From the sequence record MW845759.1: 64,000 bases of DNA; one strand, written 5' to 3'. The position numbers were made by a program, and so were the translations under genes. The first letter of the stretch is position 1, and each line of letters opens with the position of its first letter. The notes below the pieces were generated by a model, which made no database searches, was not told the origin of the DNA, and saw only the letters and a program-made list of their open reading frames with translations. Positions 7,523 to 17,220 of the stretch are shown here, piece after piece.

Positions 7523-8860
7523 TTAGACGACTTCAGGCCAGACCGAAGTGCGACTGAGCACACGGTATTCCACGTTCTCATGTTCGAAGACGTAGAAGGC
7601 CAGCTCTTTGTTGTTTTCATCAACAACCTTCACCACATCGGTGGTGCCGGCATACGGATGGTACTCTTCAGCTGCAATCAAAGCCTGAATGTACAGACGA
7701 ATCCACTCGGTGGTGGGTTTCGATACGCGTGAGATTTCACTGGACGACGTAGAGATTAACGCGTAGTCCTTGATGGTCTCATGCAGTGTCTTTTTATTGT
7801 CTGCGTTTTCAGGTCCGCTGATGCACACTGCACTCAGCGATTTGTACTGGGCAGGGACGAGACAAACATCGGTGGTTGGGAGTTTGTGCGGATTATCTTC
7901 ATCGATAGCCGCCGTAGACCATTCACCAAACGTGTCAATCGACTTCAGGATGAAATCGTATGGCAGCATCGGGGAGTACAGTGAAGCGACATCTTCCATG
8001 TTTGGAATGCCGCGAATCTTCCACCCCGGAATAAAGGTAAAGCGTGTGGTCGAGAACAAATCTGGGAAGACTTTTGCCCAGTCCTTTCGGCTATACCCCG
8101 ACTGCGACAGAACCGCATCTTGATACGCTTCTTTGACGTAGGTCGGATTGCGACCCTGTGGGCCGTAAATGATACAGGTAAAGACAATATTCGGGATAGT
8201 GGATTCACTGTCCTCACGGTCATGCCAGGTGTAGTAGTTTGTCTGGATGGCCGTATAGGGGAACTTGTTTGCCATCTCGTTCACTTTATCGTGATGGTCA
8301 GGCAACGTCCACCCTGCTAATGCTTTTTCGACCACTGTCTTAACTGACTGGAAAGTGTCGATAGGATTCAACATCAAAATGACTTCGATGTCATAGCCAC
8401 GGTAATCCTTGGCAAAATCTGCATCGGAGAACCAGAGACGGATTTCGTTCTCTTCCTGCCCTTCGAGCGTGTAGGCAATCCAACGTGGGAACCAGTTCCC
8501 CTTGCCTTCCACCATCGCGCCGGTAGAAACCTTAGAAATTTTGGATGAAAACTGTCCGACCAGCAGACGTTGGAACTCGACCTCGTCGTTTTTCAACACG
8601 CCGTTAATCGCTTGTGAGTAGATCCACTGCGTAACTGTTAAAACGTTATCGGAGAACGACGACGGAACAGTAATGGCTACCTTATCTCGTTTTGAGGTGA
8701 AGGCAACCAGTTCCACCTGGGCGTTTGCTTTACTAAACCATTGTTTATCTTTAGCAAAGCTGGTAGCATACTCTGAGAGCTCCCCTACAGGAGCTGTAAC
8801 ACCGCCGGGTGTATTGTCTTTCAGCGGGCCAATATTGATGAACCCTTGTAAATCGTACAT
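7523..8860 (-). CDS. Conserved phiKZ-like virion structural protein
   Basis: 445-aa ORF with GGAG RBS; syntenic next to the RNase H region as in phiKZ-like phages. Confidence 0.65.
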   Translation of the reverse strand: MYDLQGFINIGPLKDNTPGGVTAPVGELSEYATSFAKDKQWFSKANAQVELVAFTSKRDKVAITVPSSFSDNVLTVTQWIYSQAINGVLKNDEVEFQRLLVGQFSSKISKVSTGAMVEGKGNWFPRWIAYTLEGQEENEIRLWFSDADFAKDYRGYDIEVILMLNPIDTFQSVKTVVEKALAGWTLPDHHDKVNEMANKFPYTAIQTNYYTWHDREDSESTIPNIVFTCIIYGPQGRNPTYVKEAYQDAVLSQSGYSRKDWAKVFPDLFSTTRFTFIPGWKIRGIPNMEDVASLYSPMLPYDFILKSIDTFGEWSTAAIDEDNPHKLPTTDVCLVPAQYKSLSAVCISGPENADNKKTLHETIKDYALISTSSSEISRVSKPTTEWIRLYIQALIAAEEYHPYAGTTDVVKVVDENNKELAFYVFEHENVEYRVLSRTSVWPEVV

Positions 8861-8880
8861 ATAACTACTCCGAGGTAAAT

Positions 8881-9393
8881 ATGGTAGCGGGTATAATTAA
8901 GCTCCTACCACTATTGACGTTTCTGCTGGAAGTATTCAAAACTGACGACGGGAAATTCACCGCGAAAGCTAAGGCGTTTTGTCTCGCCATGTTCGCAGTA
9001 TTCAGTTTCGCTGCTTACGTTTCGTACGCATACGTTCAGCAGTTTCACGCTTTAGTGGAACTGAAAGCTCATCAGCAGTACCTGATAAAGTCCGAAGGTG
9101 AGGCAGTCGGTCGTGCTCTGCGTTTAGAGAACAGGATAACCGAGTTGGAAAACAAACTCGATATCTGCCGCTCCCGGCCGCCATATGAAGGTGCGTCGTT
9201 AAAGCAACCACCTCCCAAAGCGGCGGACATTGTCCCTATCCCGGTCGTAACAAAACCCGCCCCGATTCCCAAACGTCCCATTCCTTTCACGCCCGACGCC
9301 GTCACTCATGTGACAGCCATCCCTCCTCGTGAGGATAAAGAGAAAGGGATTGCCGACCGTATGGATAAAATCACAAGGCACATTAATAATTAG
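8881..9393 (+). CDS. Putative inner-membrane spanin (i-spanin)
   Basis: TM AFCLAMFAVFSFAAYVSYAY, then a coiled coil with Cys and a Pro-rich segment; directly upstream of a lipoprotein gene. Confidence 0.6.
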   Translation: MVAGIIKLLPLLTFLLEVFKTDDGKFTAKAKAFCLAMFAVFSFAAYVSYAYVQQFHALVELKAHQQYLIKSEGEAVGRALRLENRITELENKLDICRSRPPYEGASLKQPPPKAADIVPIPVVTKPAPIPKRPIPFTPDAVTHVTAIPPREDKEKGIADRMDKITRHINN

Positions 9394-9401
9394 AGGTTTG
9401 T

Positions 9402-9848
9402 ATGCCGTGGGTAATTTTGTTTTTAGCAATGGCAGTGTCAAGTTGTTCGCAGTTTGGTGGTCGCTATACGGGTCCAGTTCAGCAGCTCAAGGATGGGCCG
9501 AACGTCTCGGAATACCAGACCAGCCAGCGTAACGACGCCGCGTTGCGTGAATACGTCACCGCGGTCAATCTTTATGCCTTCTATGTTTTCAACTACACGA
9601 AGTCCCTGAACGAGTATGCCGCCAGTCACGGCTGGAAAGCATTGCCCATGTCTCCACTGTGTGAGCAATACCAAATGCCGGGTTTGATGGACATTCCCGA
9701 TTTCATGTTCCGGCGTGGGATTAAAACTGATGAAGAGGTAGACTTGGCACTAGCCGACTACATTCGTCGATTGCGGATACGCATGGAAGAAAATGCCCAG
9801 CGGGTTAATGATGCATTTGTTAAACACCGTGATGCGTGCATGTACTGA
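9402..9848 (+). CDS. Putative outer-membrane lipoprotein spanin (o-spanin)
   Basis: Lipobox VSSC at Cys15; Ser at +2 (consistent with outer-membrane sorting); two further Cys. Confidence 0.65.
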   Translation: MPWVILFLAMAVSSCSQFGGRYTGPVQQLKDGPNVSEYQTSQRNDAALREYVTAVNLYAFYVFNYTKSLNEYAASHGWKALPMSPLCEQYQMPGLMDIPDFMFRRGIKTDEEVDLALADYIRRLRIRMEENAQRVNDAFVKHRDACMY

Positions 9849-9854
9849 AAAATG

Positions 9855-9890
9855 GGGACTGTCCTTCGGGGCAGTCCCTTTTACTTTTTT
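9855..9890 (+). terminator. Intrinsic terminator, UUCG loop
   Basis: gggactgtcc-ttcg-gggcagtccc followed by a T tract. Confidence 0.85.
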
Positions 9891-9932
9891 ACGCTATGAC
9901 CTAATAGTGTGTATACAATAAGGAGACTGCCA

Positions 9933-10661
9933 ATGGCGATTTATATTCCCAAACTTCCGGTCATCATTCATGCTTTTGACTGCGAAACCAAAGCGTTACG
10001 TCCTAACGCCTACATCCTGAGCATGGGTGGTTCAACGTTCGATGTGGCCACCCTGACTATGCTGGGTTGCACCTACGTTGCGGTTGACCCGAATGACCCT
10101 GAGGCAGATAAAATCTTCGACACTGACTCGGGCACAGTCGCGTGGTGGAACGGCGAAGGTAATCCGGACTACGCACCGACCCCCGAGGCTAAGAAAGCGG
10201 CATGGGAAGGCACCACCAAAATTGACGTGGCCCTGAAAATCGTCGTCGAATACTTCGAAGGCTTTAAGAAGTTCGACTCGGTGTTGGTGAGCCGCGGACC
10301 AGAGTTTGATATGCCGATTGTCTGTAATGCGCTGGTTGCCTGTAATCAGTTCCAAGGCATCTTCCGTAAGTTCTCCGCCTGTGAGTCTGACCGGACTGTA
10401 GAACGTTTGATGCTGGCGTTCGGCATTGACATGGACGAAGCGGTGGAAGGGCATAACTGGCTGAAGAAAGGTGAGTGGGTTGAGCATCACCCAAGCTTTG
10501 ACTCGGCACGCAGTGCATATCGTACGGCGCGTGCTTATCATTTGGCACACATCGCCAAGAACTACGGGTTTGATAAAATGCTGTTAGCGCATAATGCGCT
10601 GCGCGCAGGGAACTATAACCCGGCCTTAGGATTCAAAGGGGAATTCAATGGAGCAGGCTGA
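9933..10661 (+). CDS. DEDDh 3'-5' exonuclease (phage exoribonuclease/Rv2179c-like)
   Basis: AFDCETK (ExoI), RGPEFDMPI (ExoII), HHPSFDS (ExoIII); AGGAG RBS before ATG 9933. Confidence 0.8.
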   Translation: MAIYIPKLPVIIHAFDCETKALRPNAYILSMGGSTFDVATLTMLGCTYVAVDPNDPEADKIFDTDSGTVAWWNGEGNPDYAPTPEAKKAAWEGTTKIDVALKIVVEYFEGFKKFDSVLVSRGPEFDMPIVCNALVACNQFQGIFRKFSACESDRTVERLMLAFGIDMDEAVEGHNWLKKGEWVEHHPSFDSARSAYRTARAYHLAHIAKNYGFDKMLLAHNALRAGNYNPALGFKGEFNGAG

Positions 10662-12189
10662 TTTAGCGGTTCTGTATACGGACGGTAGCCACTTCCCTGA
10701 CCCACTGGGGTCAGGTGCCGGTATCTTCGTGTACACCGTTGACAAAGTGGATGAAGGGTTTGCAAACGGGTACAGTTTCCCGGGTATTCCCGAAGCTATC
10801 ACGTCGGAGGGGCTTGTCCCCATGACGTTGTCTGACCCGAAACCGCTTTTACCGGAAGGACGGGTCAAGTTTTACGAAGCCGTGATTCCAGTACGTCCCT
10901 CCTCAGCGCAGGTCGGTGAACTGGTGGCATTCATCGCGGCTTTTGACCAGACGCCGTTCAAAGCGAAGAAGTACATTATCTACGCTGACTCCAACTACAT
11001 GATTAATACGGTCACAGACTGGATTTGGGGCTGGGAGCGTAAAGGTTGGATGCGTGCTGATGGTACACCGTGTGCTAACCTTGACTTGCTCAAACGCATG
11101 ATTGTCATTCTGCGGGCGATTAAAGAGCAGGGTATCACGTTGATTGTGCGCAAGATTAAAGCGCACAACGGTCACTTCGGTAATGAAGCGGCTGACCAAT
11201 TAGCCAAGCAAGGTGCAGCAGCGTCGGCGTTGACGAACGAACATAACTTCACCCCGTTCTGGCGTGAAGCGTATAATGACGTTGCCGATGAAGAGGACGT
11301 GCCGGAGGTCTTCAACAAACCGGAACTGCCGGGTGGCGGAATGGACATTACGTCTCTGCCGTCTATCATGTCGCACAAATGGCATTATCTGCTTTCCGAA
11401 GAAGAAATGCCGAGCTTTACTTTAGCGAACGGTGAGCGGTGGGAGTATGTGTTGTCTGGGCATCATGCTAAGGACAAGAACGACTTGGTGCTGGTTGGGA
11501 AGTTCCTGCCGGATGCCATGTTCTCCGTGACAATGCATAAAAGCGCGCCGAAGAATTTGAAGTTCATTGTGGACGAACATGCCAAACGTGCATGGGACGG
11601 CGTGCCGATGCTGAAACAGTTCCGTGCCATTACCATGGTGAACGGGGACTACCTCAAACGTAAGAAATTTGTGGAAGCAGCGAAAGACGGCCTGCCGGTT
11701 GACCAGATGGAGTTCAAGTCCGACGGTAACGCGTGGATGTTTGAAGACACCTGTATCAGCTACATGTTGCGACCAGCTCTGCTGTCGTACCGTGCGCTGG
11801 AGATTCGTGATGAACTGGCTGCAATGTTGAAAGACGTTGTAGAAGGACATCCGAGCGTGGTGTTCAATGACATCACGTCGAACTTCTTTGACGACGACCA
11901 TAAACCGAAAAAGGATTACTACCGTAACGTTGACCGCAGCATTAAATTGCCGGTGAGCTATCCGGGCAGTGATAAAACTATCGATGTGATTCTGTCACGG
12001 TCTATCGATATGCCGTCTCGTACTGAACTCAACCGCATCTATGAACCGGGTGGGCGATTCGGGATTGCGACATGGCGTCGGGATACCCATTTAACGGTCT
12101 ACGCTCTGGTGTATTTGGGCAAAGACTCACACGGCCTATGGATGGGATACTACAGCGCTAAACGTATCCTAACAACAGAACAAATTTAA
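10648..12189 (+). CDS. rnhA: Ribonuclease HI with an insertion and a long C-terminal extension
   Basis: YTDGS, QVGELVAF, YADSNY, WERKGW, NLDL, KAHNGHFGNEAADQLAKQGA. Confidence 0.92.
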   Translation: MEQADLAVLYTDGSHFPDPLGSGAGIFVYTVDKVDEGFANGYSFPGIPEAITSEGLVPMTLSDPKPLLPEGRVKFYEAVIPVRPSSAQVGELVAFIAAFDQTPFKAKKYIIYADSNYMINTVTDWIWGWERKGWMRADGTPCANLDLLKRMIVILRAIKEQGITLIVRKIKAHNGHFGNEAADQLAKQGAAASALTNEHNFTPFWREAYNDVADEEDVPEVFNKPELPGGGMDITSLPSIMSHKWHYLLSEEEMPSFTLANGERWEYVLSGHHAKDKNDLVLVGKFLPDAMFSVTMHKSAPKNLKFIVDEHAKRAWDGVPMLKQFRAITMVNGDYLKRKKFVEAAKDGLPVDQMEFKSDGNAWMFEDTCISYMLRPALLSYRALEIRDELAAMLKDVVEGHPSVVFNDITSNFFDDDHKPKKDYYRNVDRSIKLPVSYPGSDKTIDVILSRSIDMPSRTELNRIYEPGGRFGIATWRRDTHLTVYALVYLGKDSHGLWMGYYSAKRILTTEQI

Positions 12190-12207
12190 AATATATGTTA
12201 TCGCGTG
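12190..12207 (+). promoter_or_regulatory. Putative early phage promoter motif
   Basis: aATATATGTTATCgcGTG heading a 4-gene cluster. Confidence 0.6.
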
Positions 12208-12230
12208 ATACCATTTGAGGAGTAATAACA

Positions 12231-13007
12231 ATGCAAGTAGTAATGAGTTACGAGTTGTCGAAACTGAACGTTGCGTTTCGCAACCGCTTAATGAAACACC
12301 TCATCACGCGATACTTTGAGGAAAACAAAATCCCCGATACGTGGGCCGAAGAAAAAGAAACGATTGTTGACGAGCTGGATATTCCAGCGCAGTTGATTAT
12401 CAGCCGTCTGTTTGGCGGTTGGTTAGACGCTGCCATTAACTGCGCGAACAGTGGCGACCCTGTATTCAGTCCAGAGTCGTTGGTCGAGTACCCGCACAAC
12501 ATCGATGACCTGTACGATATGTACAGCTTCGAAAGTGAGAAAGAGTACCACCGTGACTTCTCCGGTTACATGGACCAGACCGCGTGGGAGTTCATGACTC
12601 GCGCCTCTGAATTCCTGACCGAAGACGCGATGTTGGGTTCTATCCACAAATACCTTGTGAATATTGTAGTTGAGCTATACGGCACCATCTCAGCTTTACG
12701 TGGCGGCGGGTGTGCTGGTGTTTGGCACACTCTTGAACAATACGAGCAGCAGGTTTGGATGGGTAGACCGGTTCTGTTTGCGATTTACCCGGAAGACTAT
12801 ACGGTTCTGCATGAAGGGCCGAAACCAGAAGTGTTCGTCGGGTCTGAGCAGGCTAAAGCCACAGCAGGACAGGGCGAATATTTCTTCCTCTGGGATGGGC
12901 ATATGTTCACATTGTCGAAGATTGACGAGGTCCCTACCGGGTCGGTCATTCGTACTTGTGAGTTGACCGATGAAGCAGTTAGCTGGATTGAAGGAAACTG
13001 TGAATGA
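12231..13007 (+). CDS. Hypothetical acidic protein
   Basis: GAGGAG RBS; 258 codons. Confidence 0.8.
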   Translation: MQVVMSYELSKLNVAFRNRLMKHLITRYFEENKIPDTWAEEKETIVDELDIPAQLIISRLFGGWLDAAINCANSGDPVFSPESLVEYPHNIDDLYDMYSFESEKEYHRDFSGYMDQTAWEFMTRASEFLTEDAMLGSIHKYLVNIVVELYGTISALRGGGCAGVWHTLEQYEQQVWMGRPVLFAIYPEDYTVLHEGPKPEVFVGSEQAKATAGQGEYFFLWDGHMFTLSKIDEVPTGSVIRTCELTDEAVSWIEGNCE

Positions 13008-13810
13008 AGAAAGTCATCAGTGGCGTAATCACTTCGCTCAAAACGTCCATTCGTAACGAATGGGATACGTGGTGGGAGAGTGAATTCAGTGTGGCAACAC
13101 CTGAGCATTATCGTCCGTATGTTGATGGCATCAATGTCTCTGGTCAGTTAGGTATCGAGCAGACGAAAAGTCTGCCGTACTGGACAATGGCTAACGATGC
13201 GGTGCAGGAGTTTCAGGTTCGGCTCTTTGAAGCATTGTTTAAAGAGTACAACCTGTCCGACACGTACGACCATTCGCATTTCATGCATGTGTTGATGGAT
13301 GTGTTCGGTGAGACGTGGGATAACGACCTGCAAGTGCTGCTCGACAAAGTGGACACCAACGACTGGGAACATCGTGATGCGTGTGACACGTTCGTTAAGA
13401 ACATGCTTACAACGTTCATGGATCAGCTCGTGGAAATCATGACCTCGGAATGGTCGGAAGCCTTCTACTTCGGTTTCTTCGAAGAGATGGACGGCATCAA
13501 GGAAAGCTTGCCAGCGTTAGGGATTACGCCGCAAGTCGACCTGCGTGACTTCGCGGCTGATCCGCAATGCCGTATCTGTATTATCGAAAGTGATGACGTG
13601 TCCTACGAATCGATTAAGACGTGGGACGGTTCGCAGGAGGTAATCGAATGGCTCCGTCAGGGGCTGGAGAATGCCCATCTGCAACGAGTCATCTGGCTGG
13701 TTAACGGTCAGGTGGAACTCGACATGGCACACCGTACGTTGAACTCCGGTGACGTCGTTAAGAAATGTCTTTTAAAATTAGGAGCTAACCCAAGTGCAGT
13801 TAATCATTGA
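13004..13810 (+). CDS. Hypothetical acidic protein
   Basis: ATGA coupling; 268 codons. Confidence 0.8.
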   Translation: MKKVISGVITSLKTSIRNEWDTWWESEFSVATPEHYRPYVDGINVSGQLGIEQTKSLPYWTMANDAVQEFQVRLFEALFKEYNLSDTYDHSHFMHVLMDVFGETWDNDLQVLLDKVDTNDWEHRDACDTFVKNMLTTFMDQLVEIMTSEWSEAFYFGFFEEMDGIKESLPALGITPQVDLRDFAADPQCRICIIESDDVSYESIKTWDGSQEVIEWLRQGLENAHLQRVIWLVNGQVELDMAHRTLNSGDVVKKCLLKLGANPSAVNH

Positions 13811-14327
13811 TTTTCGTAACCACGATGTATCCGAGGCGCTGCGCAATCTCAGCAACGGCATGAAGACCAATGTTATGCTTCTGATTGAAGAAGCATTGAG
13901 CATGTCGGAAATCAACCTGTCCGTATCGACGGGTAACGATCATGTGTTTATCAACAACGCTAATTTGGCTGACATTGTAGAGGATGTCATCACCCGCGAA
14001 CTGCAGCGTATTTTCGGACAGGCGGTAACCATTAACACCGGTAATTTCAGCGACGTGAGTGAGTTCCTTGAACTCTGTTCACAACGTTTCGGTGAAATCT
14101 TTAATCGACTGGTTACCGAAGCGCAAGCAACGGAGCTAACCGCGAAGATGTTGGTCGATGGTCAACCCGCGGGCAACTTCAAAGATACCTTAACCAATCT
14201 TATTCCTGCGGAAACGTGGGCTGGTATTGAGAAAGAGTTCGATGAAGGTCGTCAGCAAGCTCTCCGCATTATGCGTACTTCGCTGGAAAGTTTGATGGCA
14301 TCCCTTGAACCGGGGTCAGTCATGTAA
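13794..14327 (+). CDS. Hypothetical protein
   Basis: AGGAG RBS before GTG. Confidence 0.75.
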   Translation: MQLIIDFRNHDVSEALRNLSNGMKTNVMLLIEEALSMSEINLSVSTGNDHVFINNANLADIVEDVITRELQRIFGQAVTINTGNFSDVSEFLELCSQRFGEIFNRLVTEAQATELTAKMLVDGQPAGNFKDTLTNLIPAETWAGIEKEFDEGRQQALRIMRTSLESLMASLEPGSVM

Positions 14328-14337
14328 GGAGTGGCGT

Positions 14338-14793
14338 ATGCAATACGTCTTCTCGTTATCGTACGACCAACTCTCGATTGCCCATCGGCGCGATCTGCGT
14401 AACGCTATTGCTCGGCTTCGTCGGGCGTTAGCATCAGGGATTGTGTTTTCGCATGGAAAGGGAAGTTGGCGAGGGTGTAGTAAAGCAGTGACTCATCAAG
14501 CTGTGGGGGAAATTCAACCCCACTTAAAGAAAACACACACAGTTGAGATTAAGCGCGTGGGGACTGCGGAAGCGGTCTTCAAAATCCTTCGGGATGCTGC
14601 AAACCTTGAAGTCGTATTGCCTGACAATATCCAGTTCGCTGAAAAGACCACGCGTGAGCTCTCGCCTGAAGCGAAAGGTCGCATGCAGGGTGCTTGGCAT
14701 TACTTCCGGGACACCATTAAGTGGATTACCGATGAAGAACTGCACGAGCAAGCGGAGCGGATATACGCTCAGTTGATTGCTAACAAAAAATAA
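14338..14793 (+). CDS. Hypothetical protein
   Basis: AAGGAG RBS before ATG 14338. Confidence 0.75.
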   Translation: MQYVFSLSYDQLSIAHRRDLRNAIARLRRALASGIVFSHGKGSWRGCSKAVTHQAVGEIQPHLKKTHTVEIKRVGTAEAVFKILRDAANLEVVLPDNIQFAEKTTRELSPEAKGRMQGAWHYFRDTIKWITDEELHEQAERIYAQLIANKK

Positions 14794-14800
14794 GAAACTG

Positions 14801-14824
14801 CCTACTACCCTCGCGGGTAGTAGG
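14801..14824. terminator. Bidirectional terminator between convergent genes
   Basis: cctactaccc-tcgc-gggtagtagg. Confidence 0.75.
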
Positions 14825-14830
14825 TCGGTT

Positions 14831-15592
14831 TTATGCTTTATCTTTTTTTGCCAGCGTTTTAATCTGGTCGGTGGTACCGTTAATGCAGTTGGTCATCTCG
14901 TCAATCTGACGCATGAACAGACCGAGCAACTGTACCCACGCATCACACATGTCCACGAGCTTCACCAGTTCTTTTGCAACGGTCGGGTTGACGTCTGCTT
15001 CACTGATGATTTCACACGAACCGGAAATGGACTCTACCAGATTCAGGGTGTCGTTACGTACGGACTTGCTGATGGAGTCACGCAGAATCTTCGCTCGGTG
15101 GAAGGTGGTTTCCAGTTCACCGGCGGAACGGTAGGTCTTTTCAAACGCACGTTGGTCAATGTTAGCAGCCACGTAGTTCTTAGACAGCTTACCAGTCAGG
15201 TCATCTGGGTTGACGTTGGACAGCGGGTATTTAAAGCCCGACATGCGGAAAGACACCGGCACGGTTAACATCGCAGGGGCGTTAGCCAGACCTGCCAGTT
15301 CGTTATTGACAGGTTTCAGCACCCCATCAACAATCCCTTCCAGCACTTTCCACACATCTTCCAGTTGTTTGATGTGGTCGAACATGTACGCATTAAAACC
15401 CGGCGGGACTGGAACCTGCATGCCAAGGAAGTTGGCGTACTGCTCACGCTTAATCCATTTGCTAACTTCCTCGACATCGGTGTGGGTGGCCAGTACGACG
15501 TCGTCTTTCGTGCCGCTGAAGAAACGCGGAACGATGGTGGTCACGTTACTGACCATGGTCGCCATTGCTGGCGCGATGTCACGGATATTCAT
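14831..15592 (-). CDS. Conserved phiKZ-like virion structural protein
   Basis: 253-aa helical ORF divergent from uvsX, as in phiKZ-like synteny. Confidence 0.6.
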   Translation of the reverse strand: MNIRDIAPAMATMVSNVTTIVPRFFSGTKDDVVLATHTDVEEVSKWIKREQYANFLGMQVPVPPGFNAYMFDHIKQLEDVWKVLEGIVDGVLKPVNNELAGLANAPAMLTVPVSFRMSGFKYPLSNVNPDDLTGKLSKNYVAANIDQRAFEKTYRSAGELETTFHRAKILRDSISKSVRNDTLNLVESISGSCEIISEADVNPTVAKELVKLVDMCDAWVQLLGLFMRQIDEMTNCINGTTDQIKTLAKKDKA

Positions 15593-15695
15593 TATAAATC
15601 CTTGTGGTTAAGGGTCCGAATCATACTAATGATACTTTTTACAACTCAACGATAAGATATGTATAACTAACCCACATTTCAAATGGAGCACTACG

Positions 15696-17174
15696 ATGGC
15701 TGGTCCGAAGAAGGCTACTCAAGGTGAGGCTATTCGCCCACGTTTTAACATCTGGACAATTTTTGACCATGCGCTGGGCGAGTACGTAAAGGGCGATGAC
15801 GGCCTGTGGTACCTCAACGGTGGCTTTGGGCACATCATGGGCTTCGCAGGGCGCGGTAACACCTTTAAGTCGTTCCTGCTCGATTACTGCATCATGACCA
15901 TTCTGTTGCGTTACCGTGCCGAGTGGGCATCAAAGTACGACACCGAAGTGTCTGCCCAGCTCTCCCGTATGCAAACCGTCGTCCGTTGTGTGTGTATTGC
16001 CAACGGCTGGACGTACGACCATGCTGAGCATGCGGTCGAAGTGATGATGGAGAAAGGTTGCTTTAACATGCAATCTTCCGAGCTGGTGCCGGGCGAACAA
16101 TGGTGGGCCGACTACATCCGTGATGAAGTTGAAGACCGCTATAAGCAATACATGGGTAAAAAGAACCTGCGTGAAACGCCGTTCCCTGACCCAATCCGTA
16201 AAGAAAACAAAAAGATGCTCAACCCGTGGGCGTACGGTTGCGATTCTCTGTCTGAGTGGAAAACCTCGAAGATGGAAGATGCCCGTGACGACTCCAACGT
16301 GGGTGACTCTGAGCAGAACGCCTTGGCAGCACAGGATGCCAAACAGAAGTCCGATATGATGGGTCGTTGGCCGAATGCCTTAGCGCGTGGTCACTTCTAC
16401 ATGGGCTTTGTGGTCCACATTACCGACAACATGCAAATGGGTCGTATTGAACCGGGTAAGAAACTCGACGAGTTCAAAGGCAACATCAAGTTCGCTAACG
16501 TGCCGGGTCGTGCGGTTACCTTCCTGACGAACTCCCTGTTGGTTGCTACTCACTCCGGCGACTGTAAACAGCCGGGCACCTTTAACAGTAAGACCGGTAC
16601 CGAAGAGCCGATGTTCCCGTCCTCGAAACTTAAGGGCAAGAGCAGTTCGGTTAACGACCTGAAGATTATCCGTTACACTCAGTTCCGTGCGAAGTCTGGC
16701 CCGACTGGTGTCAAGATGGACATGATCTATTCTCAGGAACTCGGTTTCATGCCGCACCTGTCATTGTGGTACTACCTGAAAGAAACCTTGCAGGGCGATT
16801 ACGGCTTTAACCGCTCAGGACATTTCTATGAGCTCCAAATCCTGCCGGGTGTGAAATTCGGTCGTACGACTATCTTTGACATGGCGTTAGAGAACCGTCG
16901 TTTACAGCGTGCATTAGAAATTACTGCGGGCTTAGCCTACATGCAGAACAACTGGTTCCGTCTGGAGCCGGAGTACCACATCACGCCACAAGAGCTTTAC
17001 GATAAGGTGAAGGAAGCCGGATACGACTGGGAACAAATCCTTGACGATACGGTTGAATATTGGCAGTTCAAAGACCAAGAGACAAAAACGTCTAAGCGTT
17101 GCGTCACTGTGAAGACGCTGTTAGACATGGCGTTGAAAGGTCTTAAGCCGAAGTTCCTCACTGCGAAAAAATAA
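15696..17174 (+). CDS. uvsX: UvsX/RecA-like recombinase
   Basis: Walker A variant GFAGRGNTFKS, YDTE, Walker B GCDSLS, RAKSGPTG; GGAG RBS. Confidence 0.85.
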   Translation: MAGPKKATQGEAIRPRFNIWTIFDHALGEYVKGDDGLWYLNGGFGHIMGFAGRGNTFKSFLLDYCIMTILLRYRAEWASKYDTEVSAQLSRMQTVVRCVCIANGWTYDHAEHAVEVMMEKGCFNMQSSELVPGEQWWADYIRDEVEDRYKQYMGKKNLRETPFPDPIRKENKKMLNPWAYGCDSLSEWKTSKMEDARDDSNVGDSEQNALAAQDAKQKSDMMGRWPNALARGHFYMGFVVHITDNMQMGRIEPGKKLDEFKGNIKFANVPGRAVTFLTNSLLVATHSGDCKQPGTFNSKTGTEEPMFPSSKLKGKSSSVNDLKIIRYTQFRAKSGPTGVKMDMIYSQELGFMPHLSLWYYLKETLQGDYGFNRSGHFYELQILPGVKFGRTTIFDMALENRRLQRALEITAGLAYMQNNWFRLEPEYHITPQELYDKVKEAGYDWEQILDDTVEYWQFKDQETKTSKRCVTVKTLLDMALKGLKPKFLTAKK

Positions 17175-17183
17175 CTTTTGGCC

Positions 17184-17205
17184 GGGTAGGGGGCAACCCC
17201 TACCC
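17184..17205 (+). other. Intra-operon hairpin with a GCAA loop and no U tract
   Basis: gggtagggg-gcaa-cccctaccc. Confidence 0.7.
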
Positions 17206-17220
17206 TAAAGGACTTTAAAC

